A stretch of DNA of 64,000 nucleotides from a virus. The notes under the pieces were generated by a model. It worked only from the letters and a program-made list of their open reading frames with translations. It was not told the origin of the DNA and did not search any database. A program made the translations under genes and the position numbers. Of the stretch, positions 52,154-60,224 are shown in pieces (position 1 is the stretch's first letter; each line of letters starts with the position of its first letter). The stretch covers positions 20,220 to 84,219 of the IMG/VR virus record IMGVR_UViG_3300032242_000738. One strand, 5' to 3'.

Positions 52154-52539
52154 TGAGCCAAACAACCACACTTATATTATTGCCACAAACAGCTTATGTT
52201 AATCCAGGCAATGCCGCACCCTATACCGTAACGGGTAATAGCCAACCCGGTGCATCATATATTATAGCCCCTAGATCACTACAAACAGTTAATATTAACT
52301 TGACAAATTGTACTGGTAATATTACAATAGAAGCTAGTTTAGCTACCACGCCTGCCGACGGTGATTGGTTTAAGGTATATGAACTAGAAGCCAATGCAAA
52401 TGCGGCATCAAACTCCGCCCCGCAAATTGCAAGTAATGCATCTGTATATACAAATATAGATGGTAACTTTGTATATATGAGAGCTAAAGTTGTTGACTTT
52501 AACGGTGGATTAGTTAATTTTGTAAAGCTAAGTTATTGA
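52153..52539 (+). CDS. small beta-rich virion-like protein
   Basis: G.ITIEASLA..P...DWF...GNFVYMRAKV. Confidence 0.55.
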   Translation: MSQTTTLILLPQTAYVNPGNAAPYTVTGNSQPGASYIIAPRSLQTVNINLTNCTGNITIEASLATTPADGDWFKVYELEANANAASNSAPQIASNASVYTNIDGNFVYMRAKVVDFNGGLVNFVKLSY

Positions 52540-52540
52540 T

Positions 52541-53530
52541 ATGAGATATATTGTTGTCATGCCGGGAGGCTTTCACCCATTTCATGCTGGACATGCCGCA
52601 TTGTATCAGAGTGCAGTAAAAGCATTTCCCGGTGCCGACGTTTATGTGGCTGCAACTAATGACACAAAGACACGTCCGTTTCCGTTTGCTATTAAAGAGA
52701 AACTAGCAAAACTTGCAGGTGTAGCTGATAAACACTTTGTACAAGTTAAAAGTCCATTTCAACCTAGAGAAATAACCGATCACTATAACCCTGCAGAAGA
52801 TGTATTAATCTTTGTACGTAGTGAAAAGGATCGTAATGAAAGCCCTAAACCAGGTGGTACAAAGAAAGATGGTAGTCCTGCTTATTTTCAACCATGGACA
52901 GGTAAAAATGTACAGCCATTTGGTAAACAAGCATATATTGCTTATCTGCCGACAGTAGAGTTTGGCCCTGGCATTACTAGTGCAACAGAGATACGTAATG
53001 CATGGCCTACATTGAATGATAAACGTAAGACAGCGATGGTTATGAGTTTATATCCTGTAACACAAAAGAATCCTAAACTAGCCGCTAATGTTGTTAAGAT
53101 GTTAGATATGGGTATGGGTAGTGAACTGTCGGAGGGCGAAATTATCCCATTCAAACAACCATCAAAAACATTAACATGGCAACAAGTACCTAGAGATATT
53201 TTGTTACTAGCCAATGATTGGTTTTGGGCAAGTGAAGATAACTCAGGTCTTGCCGCTACTATAGATCCTGAGGGTTTTGGTAATGGTACTGCTAATGATG
53301 TAAAATATTTAACAGCAAAACTTCAACAAAAAGGCTGGACAATTGATTTTAATGATGAATATGATGGTCCGGGAGAATACAATCTAAGACTTACTAACAA
53401 ACGTGGACAAACGGTATTATTGTCTATTGAGGATGCTCAGACATTTACCGGTTGGGCAAAGGGTACTAGTCAATATGATTTAGAAGAAACTACTGTTACC
53501 GAAAACTTAGATTACCTAGAAGAAAAATAA
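52541..53530 (+). CDS. HxGH cytidylyltransferase-like nucleotidyltransferase with appended C-terminal module
   Basis: MPGGFHPFHAGH and TSATEIRN; linker SELSEG then an unrelated module of about 125 aa. Confidence 0.8.
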   Translation: MRYIVVMPGGFHPFHAGHAALYQSAVKAFPGADVYVAATNDTKTRPFPFAIKEKLAKLAGVADKHFVQVKSPFQPREITDHYNPAEDVLIFVRSEKDRNESPKPGGTKKDGSPAYFQPWTGKNVQPFGKQAYIAYLPTVEFGPGITSATEIRNAWPTLNDKRKTAMVMSLYPVTQKNPKLAANVVKMLDMGMGSELSEGEIIPFKQPSKTLTWQQVPRDILLLANDWFWASEDNSGLAATIDPEGFGNGTANDVKYLTAKLQQKGWTIDFNDEYDGPGEYNLRLTNKRGQTVLLSIEDAQTFTGWAKGTSQYDLEETTVTENLDYLEEK

Positions 53531-53581
53531 TTTGATCACCTTGTTTTGATGTAAATAATACTATCTTAACAAGAGGATCAA

Positions 53582-54562
53582 ATGGCAACAAAGAAAACAA
53601 CCGAAAAGGCAGCAGAGAAACCTGCAAAAGCCGCAACAAAAACAACTGCTACTAAAGCACCAGCAAAAACAAAAGCTACTAAAGAACCTAAAACAGTTCC
53701 TGTAGAAAAGGTACAAGAAATAGCTGAACAGGCTGCACAAGAAGCTGCACAAGCTCCGGCAGCACCTTCTCCCGGACAAGTACAAGTTAACGTAGATTTT
53801 CTAAAAACTACTAAAGTACATATCGCTATGCCATGTTATGGGGGTATGCTTACCGAATCTACATTCATGAGTTTCATTAAGTGGGCCAACACAGCTCGTC
53901 AACTTGGTATTGATTGGACATTAGAAACAATGGTTAATGAATCACTTATTAGCCGAGCACGTAATACACTAACTGCTAAGTTCTTAGACATGCCAGACGC
54001 AACACACTTATTCTTTGTTGATGCTGACATTGGTTGGGAGCCATGGCACTTGTTAGTACTATTAAACCGTGACGTTGATGTTATTGGTGGATTGTACCCA
54101 ATGAAGACTATGCCAATCAAATGGGTAGTTAACGGATTTGAAGGTGCAGAAGAAGGCACTGATGGCTTACAAGAAGTAAGTAAAGCAGGTACAGGTTTCT
54201 TATTGATGAAGAAACATGTATTTGAGAAAATGAAATCTCACCCAGCTGTTAAACAGTATAAGAATGATATTGGTTTAGATCCAAAGTTTGACCAACACTT
54301 AAAGACCTATTTTGATACAGCAGTACGTCAGAATCGTTATTATAGTGAAGACTGGACATTCTGTGAAAACTGGCGTGACTTAGGTGGACGTATTTGGGTT
54401 GACAAACGTGTATTACTACGTCACAGTGGTAGTTATGTATTCTGTATGGAAAATCAGGAACATCTATTGAAAACAGTTGGACCTATGTTCCTACAAGAAC
54501 AGCAAGAAAAACATGGAATAAAGATTCTTGATAAAGATGGTAATGAAATAAAGAAACCATAA
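53582..54562 (+). CDS. GT-A-fold glycosyltransferase-like protein with Lys/Ala/Thr-rich N-tail
   Basis: IAMPCYGG, ESLISRARN, FFVDADIGW, GGLYP.K, GTGFLL, YSEDWTFC. Confidence 0.75.
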   Translation: MATKKTTEKAAEKPAKAATKTTATKAPAKTKATKEPKTVPVEKVQEIAEQAAQEAAQAPAAPSPGQVQVNVDFLKTTKVHIAMPCYGGMLTESTFMSFIKWANTARQLGIDWTLETMVNESLISRARNTLTAKFLDMPDATHLFFVDADIGWEPWHLLVLLNRDVDVIGGLYPMKTMPIKWVVNGFEGAEEGTDGLQEVSKAGTGFLLMKKHVFEKMKSHPAVKQYKNDIGLDPKFDQHLKTYFDTAVRQNRYYSEDWTFCENWRDLGGRIWVDKRVLLRHSGSYVFCMENQEHLLKTVGPMFLQEQQEKHGIKILDKDGNEIKKP

Positions 54563-54565
54563 AAC

Positions 54566-54590
54566 AAAGGCCCCGAAAGGGGCTTTTTTA
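54566..54590 (+). terminator. intrinsic terminator
   Basis: AAAGGCCCC-GAAA-GGGGCTTTTTT. Confidence 0.9.
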
Positions 54591-54607
54591 ATGGCATAAT
54601 GTCCATT

Positions 54608-54625
54608 TTGTCACATTATTGACAC
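54608..54625 (+). promoter_or_regulatory. Pho-box-like direct repeat
   Basis: TTGTCAC-ATTA-TTGACAC, 11-bp period. Confidence 0.45.
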
Positions 54626-54688
54626 ATATTATCAATTAAATAATAGTGTGCCATGGTGGCACAAAAACTAACCCACAAGGAGAGACCC

Positions 54689-55336
54689 ATGAGATTAGAA
54701 GATTTGGCCGCAAGATTAGTAGCTGTAGAAGCTAAGTTAGCCAGTTTAACTGGTGTAGCAGTTAACACAGACAATGCCACAAGTATTGAAGAATTAGATG
54801 CAAGATTATCAGTCGTTGAAGTTCAAGTTGACCAATTAATTGCAGAAAAAACAGAAAGCCACATTGATGCTATTGTTGCCGCAGTTGCAAATGATGCACC
54901 GGTTGATGTAGCAGAAGTAGTTGCATTATCACCAAGTGCTGAACATGTAGAAGCTTCTGAAATCGTTGCTGATGTTGTTACAGCACAATTAGAAGCAGAA
55001 CCTGTTGCCCACGCAGAAGTTGCTGAAATTGTTGCAGCCGCAATCTCTGCTGTTGTTACAGCAGAGCCAGAAGTTGTTGTTGACCCTGTAGCAATTACAG
55101 CCGCAATCATGGTGGCAGTTGCTGATATGCCCGCACCCGCACCTGAAGTTGCAGAAGTAGTTGCAGCCGCAGTTGCTGAAGTAATTGCTACAGCTACAGG
55201 TGTTGAAGAAGTTTCTCCTGAAGTAACACAACAAATCGCTGAAGCAGTTTCAACTCCAGCTGATCCTGCATTAGATATAATTGAAGAACGTCTAAACGTC
55301 GCAGAAGCAAAAGTTGATTTTTTATTGGGAAAGTGA
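54689..55336 (+). CDS. acidic Ala/Val/Glu-rich helical protein; probable -1 frameshift extension to 55389
   Basis: Start reassigned to 54689 after SD AAGGAG; three (L/I)xxRLxxxE heptad motifs; ends at G_GGA_AAG TGA. Confidence 0.75.
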   Translation: MRLEDLAARLVAVEAKLASLTGVAVNTDNATSIEELDARLSVVEVQVDQLIAEKTESHIDAIVAAVANDAPVDVAEVVALSPSAEHVEASEIVADVVTAQLEAEPVAHAEVAEIVAAAISAVVTAEPEVVVDPVAITAAIMVAVADMPAPAPEVAEVVAAAVAEVIATATGVEEVSPEVTQQIAEAVSTPADPALDIIEERLNVAEAKVDFLLGK

Positions 55337-55358
55337 TAACTGGCGTTAAACGCTGGTT
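55327..55358 (+). other. programmed -1 ribosomal frameshift signal
   Basis: Slippery GGGAAAG at 55327-55333 in frame G_GGA_AAG, then hairpin AACTGGCGT-TAA-ACGCTGGTT at 55338-55358. Confidence 0.7.
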
Positions 55359-55418
55359 CATAAACCTCTTTAGATCGGACACAAAATAGCGTGTCGCTGG
55401 ATTTGCGTAACCAGTACT

Positions 55419-55441
55419 AAGAGCCTAAAAGGCTCTTTTTT
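55419..55441 (+). terminator. intrinsic terminator
   Basis: AAGAGCC-TAAAA-GGCTCTTTTTT. Confidence 0.85.
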
Positions 55442-55451
55442 AATGGACTTA

Positions 55452-55469
55452 CTGTCACATATTTGTCAT
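55452..55469 (+). promoter_or_regulatory. Pho box (PhoB-binding direct repeat)
   Basis: CTGTCAC-ATAT-TTGTCAT: two TGTCA units 11 bp apart with A/T spacer, upstream of the plcP-like gene. Confidence 0.7.
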
Positions 55470-55490
55470 AATATTATAAATAAATACAAG

Positions 55491-56240
55491 ATGAAGACAT
55501 ACCGCTCTATATTTGTTAGTGATGTTCATCTTGGTACTAAAGATAGCCAAGCAGATAAGTTAAATAATTTTCTTAAACATAACACCTGTGACACATTATA
55601 TCTTGTAGGTGATATTATAGATGCATGGCGTATACAACAAAACAAATGGAGATGGAAACAAAGTCATACCAATGTAGTTCGTAGAGTATTAGGTCATGCT
55701 AAACGTGGAACTAAAGTTATATATATTGCAGGCAATCATGATGAATTCTTACGACCTATGATACCATATGGATTTAGTTTTGGTCTTATAGAGATACATA
55801 ATCAGATTGAACATATAGGTGTAGACGGTAAACATTATTTGGTAGTGCATGGTGACTTATTTGATGGTATAACACGATTAGCACCATGGTTAAGTTTTTT
55901 AGGAGATAAAGCATATGATTTCATTTTATCGTTTAATAGTAAATTCAATTGGATCCGTCATCGCATGGGTTTTGGGTACTTTAGTATTAGTAAATATCTT
56001 AAACACAAAGTAAAAAAAGCTATAGATTTTATATTTCAGTTTGAGAAAAATATTACCGCTTATTGTAAAAAGCGCGGTTTTGATGGTGTTATCGTAGGTC
56101 ATATTCACTCAGCCGAAATAAAAGAAATGGATGGCATAATCTACATGAATGATGGTGACTGGGTTGAATCGTGTACCGCATTAGTAGAACATCATGACGG
56201 TAAGTGGGAAATAATCACCTGGACTAAAGAACACGATTAA
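55491..56240 (+). CDS. plcP: calcineurin-like metallophosphoesterase, PlcP (phospholipase C)/LpxH-like
   Basis: YRSIFVSDVHLG, LYLVGDIIDAW, YIAGNHDEFLR, VHGDLFD, GHIH, NDGDWVESCTALVE; start reassigned to 55491. Confidence 0.75.
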   Translation: MKTYRSIFVSDVHLGTKDSQADKLNNFLKHNTCDTLYLVGDIIDAWRIQQNKWRWKQSHTNVVRRVLGHAKRGTKVIYIAGNHDEFLRPMIPYGFSFGLIEIHNQIEHIGVDGKHYLVVHGDLFDGITRLAPWLSFLGDKAYDFILSFNSKFNWIRHRMGFGYFSISKYLKHKVKKAIDFIFQFEKNITAYCKKRGFDGVIVGHIHSAEIKEMDGIIYMNDGDWVESCTALVEHHDGKWEIITWTKEHD

Positions 56241-56285
56241 AACACAATATATGTTCACATATTACATCGTGGGCATAAATACAAT

Positions 56286-57113
56286 ATGATGAACTTGCTA
56301 GGACTTAAACATTACCTAATTAATACTATCTACGGGTCAGATGGAAAAATATCCACAGGGAAATTTAAAAGCCTACCGATAGAAGTTAAAAATAGTATTT
56401 TACATTTTACCAATAAATGCCAATCAGATAAGTTATCCGAACGGATTTACTGGATACTAAACGATTTACAAGATTATCCTGCTAAATGTAAATACTCTGC
56501 CTGTGATAACCCACTGAGATTTAAAGGTGGTTATCAAGGAGTATTCTGTTCATATAGTTGTAATTCAAAATACCAATTGTCAGTGTTGCCGAATCCTTTT
56601 AGTGGACTATTAGGAATACAGCGTAGGAAAAATGGGATGATGAAAAAATATGGTGTAGACCATAATATGAAGACTAAAGAAAGTCTTGTTAAACGACAAC
56701 AAACTTATATTGACAACTATGGTGTTGACCATCCATTGAAATCAAAAGAGATTATAGATAGCGTAAGAAAGAAAAATGAAGATGCTGGCAGATGGACTCC
56801 TGAAGAACAAATGGAAGAATTTTATCTGTATAGACGAAAGGTATGGCACTATACTAATCAGCAACCGATTGAAACTCTGCCTAACTATACCCTACGGGGA
56901 CACGCAAGTAATAAAACCGCCTACTCATTGGATCATAGATTTTCTTGCCACGAAGGGTTTATGAAAAACATCCCTCCGGAAATAATAGGGAACATATCAA
57001 ATCTTGAGTATATACCTAACGTACAGAATTCAAGCAAGAAGACTGCTTGCTCACTAACCAAAGAAGAATTGTATGAAAGATATAACAGCTCAAATACAAA
57101 AATAACAGAATAA
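56286..57113 (+). CDS. putative free-standing HNH homing endonuclease
   Basis: CxxxxC...CSYSC, repeated YGVDH, and YSLDHRFS...IGNISNLEYIP...NSSK HNH-like motif; sits between plcP and GT2. Confidence 0.7.
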   Translation: MMNLLGLKHYLINTIYGSDGKISTGKFKSLPIEVKNSILHFTNKCQSDKLSERIYWILNDLQDYPAKCKYSACDNPLRFKGGYQGVFCSYSCNSKYQLSVLPNPFSGLLGIQRRKNGMMKKYGVDHNMKTKESLVKRQQTYIDNYGVDHPLKSKEIIDSVRKKNEDAGRWTPEEQMEEFYLYRRKVWHYTNQQPIETLPNYTLRGHASNKTAYSLDHRFSCHEGFMKNIPPEIIGNISNLEYIPNVQNSSKKTACSLTKEELYERYNSSNTKITE

Positions 57114-57140
57114 ATATAAGATAAGAATATAGTAACTACT

Positions 57141-57212
57141 ATGACAAATAAATCGCTTAGAGATTACATCAATTTAATAGAATCAAACGAGCAAGGTTTG
57201 GCGGGCAAATGA
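57141..57212 (+). CDS. 23-aa 'empty' leader+linker ORF (MTNKSLRDYINLIESNEQGLAGK), possibly a remnant
   Basis: Below ORF-track cutoff; TAAATA at 57111-57116; leader like other head-cargo proteins; ends in linker-like GAGCAAGGTTTGGCGGGC. Confidence 0.5.
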   Translation: MTNKSLRDYINLIESNEQGLAGK

Positions 57213-57224
57213 CCAACGACAATC

Positions 57225-57935
57225 ATGAAATTCAGTGATAAAATTACTATTGTTATTCCTTGCAAAAATGAAGAAAACTATATTCATCATTTATTAGAAT
57301 CACTACGTTTACAATACATAGGTGATACTAGGATTATCATTGCAGACTGTTCCACTGACAATACTAGAAAAGTCATAAAGGATAATAGTTATTCATTGAA
57401 CGTAGAAATCATTGATGGTGGTCCTGTTAGTATTGCCAAGAATAATGGTGCCAAATTAGTCACAACACCATATATACTATTCATTGATGCTGATGTACGT
57501 TTCTTTAAAAATAATGTAATTCATGATGCGGTTAAAGAAATAGAAGCTAAACGATTGGATCTTGTTGGATTGAACATTAAATCTTATGATAATGATCCAA
57601 GAGCAATGATTAGCTTTGCTATTTTTAATACAATCAATCATACATTGAAATATTTTAGTCCATTTGCTGTTGGGGCATTTATGTTAACACGCACAGACAA
57701 GTTTATGGAATATGGTGGATTTCCAGAAAAGTTTGCAACATCAGAGGACTATTTCTTATCTAGGAAATATAGCCCTAGAAAATTTAAAATTGTTAAACAT
57801 CATTTTGGTCAAGATAGCCGTAGATTTAAAAGAATGGGATATCTAGGTATGGCTAAATATCTGGTCAAGAATTTTGTCAATCGTAACAACAAACAATATT
57901 GGGATAAACTAGATTCATCTAAATATTGGAGTTGA
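57225..57935 (+). CDS. family 2 glycosyltransferase
   Basis: TIVIPCKNEE, IIADCSTDNT, AKNNGA, ILFIDAD, GGF.E...SEDY. Confidence 0.9.
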   Translation: MKFSDKITIVIPCKNEENYIHHLLESLRLQYIGDTRIIIADCSTDNTRKVIKDNSYSLNVEIIDGGPVSIAKNNGAKLVTTPYILFIDADVRFFKNNVIHDAVKEIEAKRLDLVGLNIKSYDNDPRAMISFAIFNTINHTLKYFSPFAVGAFMLTRTDKFMEYGGFPEKFATSEDYFLSRKYSPRKFKIVKHHFGQDSRRFKRMGYLGMAKYLVKNFVNRNNKQYWDKLDSSKYWS

Positions 57936-57985
57936 TAACGGTTCTTTTTATTCAGTACTAATGACTTGTTACTGATAAATACTCT

Positions 57986-60169
57986 ATGGACCTAAAAGAA
58001 CTACACTCCTTCAAATTGTCAGATGCTGTGACATTTCACGATCACCTAAATCCTAAACTATTTCGTGGTCAACATCTACAACCTGAAGTAGAACTACAAC
58101 TAAAAACAATTGCAAAAGATTTCCTACAAGAGATGGGAATACATGATTTAGATGTACGTGATATTACTATATCCGGAAGTAATGCAGCCTATAGCTATAC
58201 AGACCATAGCGACTTAGATTTACATATTCTAGTTAATATGAGTGATTTACCTAACGATGAAATATACCGTGAATTGTTTACAGCTAAAAAAGACTTATAT
58301 AATGATTCACATGATATTACTATTCACGGAATTCCAGTAGAATTATATATACAAGATGCATCAGAACCTGTAGTTAGTTTAGGTGAGTATAGTATTAAAG
58401 ATAACAAATGGTTACGTTTACCTACAAAACGTAGAGCAAACTTTGACCAAACAGCTACTAAAGCAAAATATAATAAGTTATTAGATGTAATTGAGAAAAC
58501 ACTACAAACTGATAATATAGCCAAAGTATCAAAAGTATTGAAGAAAATCAAACAATATCGTCAAGCTGGATTAGATAAAGGTGGAGAGTTTGGCCCTGAA
58601 AACTTAGCATATAAAATGTTGCGTAGCCAAGGTTATATTACAAAATTATATGATTTGCGTGATAAGTTACATAGCAAAATATTAAGTTTGAATGGTATGT
58701 ATTCTAATGTACTTGATGAAATTATAGATATGCCTCCAATTACTAGGCGTATGGATATACAATCAATGTATAATGATGTACAGACTAAACTTAAATATCA
58801 TCAGGCAACTAAGTTAACATCTATTAATTTTCCTATGAAAAATCAAGTATTTCGTGAAGATAATTATGGATATAAGTTTTTCTTATTTAACAAAGAGAAT
58901 AAACCAGTGTTTTATCTTGGTATAAGTAAGTTTCATGATGGTTACAAAACAGGTGCGGTTGCGGGTGAAAGTGAAGTTAGTGGACAGGGTTTAGGATGGA
59001 AGTTATATAAAGCAGTAAGTGATTATTTAAATGTACCTTTATATAGTGATAGCACACAAACATCTGATAGTAAGAAGGGTATTTGGCAAAAACTAATACA
59101 TAATTATCCTAAACAAGTGGTAGGATATGACCAAATATCACGTAAGGATGTACCCATTAAAAACATATATCAACCATTACCACAAGATCAGTTACGACAT
59201 GTAGATGATGATACCAGAAGAAATACATTGTTATTAAAGTTTCTACCAGCTGTAGTACAAGAAGATTTAAATGAATCATTTGGTATAGGTCCACTACAAG
59301 TAGGTGATATGTGGTTTGATATTAGAAAACATGCATTAGAGAGATTAGAAGAACGTAGGGTACCTATATCTACTGCAAAAGAATTGTTACGTAGAATTTC
59401 ATTAATGAAGAATAAAATTCAACAAATGGATGCGGGACAGGCTTTTTGGGTTCATGATCCTAGTTTAGGTATTTCAATGGGTATGAGGTTATTGGGCAGT
59501 GGTAAAGTTCAATGGGCTACTACTATTATAGGTGAACCTAGAAACCGTGATGCTAATAATCCAATAATTGATATCAATGAAGCTTTTCATAAGCCATATT
59601 CATTTAAATGGGAAAAGAGTGAGTACGGTGATTATGATGCATTAGCAAAACTACCAGACGACACAAACTTAAGCATTATGTTTAATCTAGCCGATATGTC
59701 AGATAATAACTGGGGGGTTGAATTTTATAGAAACAATAGTCAATCGGTCACCGGGGAAGGTGATGCTCAACGAGTATTTGCTACAGTACTAAATGCTATT
59801 AGTCAATTTATTAAAAAGAAAAAACCTAATACTCTATTTTTTACCACTGTAAAAGAAGAAGATCCTACTGGCAGCAGAACAAAACTATACGATAGATTAG
59901 CTCAACGATATGCTACTGGGTTAGGTTACGATTTAAAAAAAGTAGAATATCCTGAACAAATAGGATATAAGTTAACACGCAACGAACAAAAAGTAACAGA
60001 AGCCTCTGGTTATATTCCTAGCGAAAAAGAAAAGAATGACCCACGTTACAAGACAGCATTAACTGTGGATGTACATCCAGATAGTATCAAAAAGAACGCT
60101 AAATCCTTCTATTGGAAGACTAATAGAGCTGGAATTCCACCAACAGCTAATCCTTCAGGCAAAATCTAA
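57986..60169 (+). CDS. modular polyprotein: Pol-beta-type nucleotidyltransferase + GNAT-like + further modules
   Basis: ISGSNAAYSY...SDLDLHI...PVELY (GS..DxD..E); modules begin after VLDE, DLNE, DINE and KVTE; GQGLGWKLY...LYSDSTQT is GNAT-like. Confidence 0.75.
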   Translation: MDLKELHSFKLSDAVTFHDHLNPKLFRGQHLQPEVELQLKTIAKDFLQEMGIHDLDVRDITISGSNAAYSYTDHSDLDLHILVNMSDLPNDEIYRELFTAKKDLYNDSHDITIHGIPVELYIQDASEPVVSLGEYSIKDNKWLRLPTKRRANFDQTATKAKYNKLLDVIEKTLQTDNIAKVSKVLKKIKQYRQAGLDKGGEFGPENLAYKMLRSQGYITKLYDLRDKLHSKILSLNGMYSNVLDEIIDMPPITRRMDIQSMYNDVQTKLKYHQATKLTSINFPMKNQVFREDNYGYKFFLFNKENKPVFYLGISKFHDGYKTGAVAGESEVSGQGLGWKLYKAVSDYLNVPLYSDSTQTSDSKKGIWQKLIHNYPKQVVGYDQISRKDVPIKNIYQPLPQDQLRHVDDDTRRNTLLLKFLPAVVQEDLNESFGIGPLQVGDMWFDIRKHALERLEERRVPISTAKELLRRISLMKNKIQQMDAGQAFWVHDPSLGISMGMRLLGSGKVQWATTIIGEPRNRDANNPIIDINEAFHKPYSFKWEKSEYGDYDALAKLPDDTNLSIMFNLADMSDNNWGVEFYRNNSQSVTGEGDAQRVFATVLNAISQFIKKKKPNTLFFTTVKEEDPTGSRTKLYDRLAQRYATGLGYDLKKVEYPEQIGYKLTRNEQKVTEASGYIPSEKEKNDPRYKTALTVDVHPDSIKKNAKSFYWKTNRAGIPPTANPSGKI

Positions 60170-60224
60170 TAAGTTTCCATATTACGGTATTTTGATAAAT
60201 ACACTATTAGTATGGGAATCCTTT

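Noticed and set aside
60069-60224. ORF-track starts at 60069, 55443, 54653, 46866, 46202, 16466 and 15408
   Set aside because: Upstream extensions overlap other genes or promoters; downstream ATGs fit SD or promoter positions better
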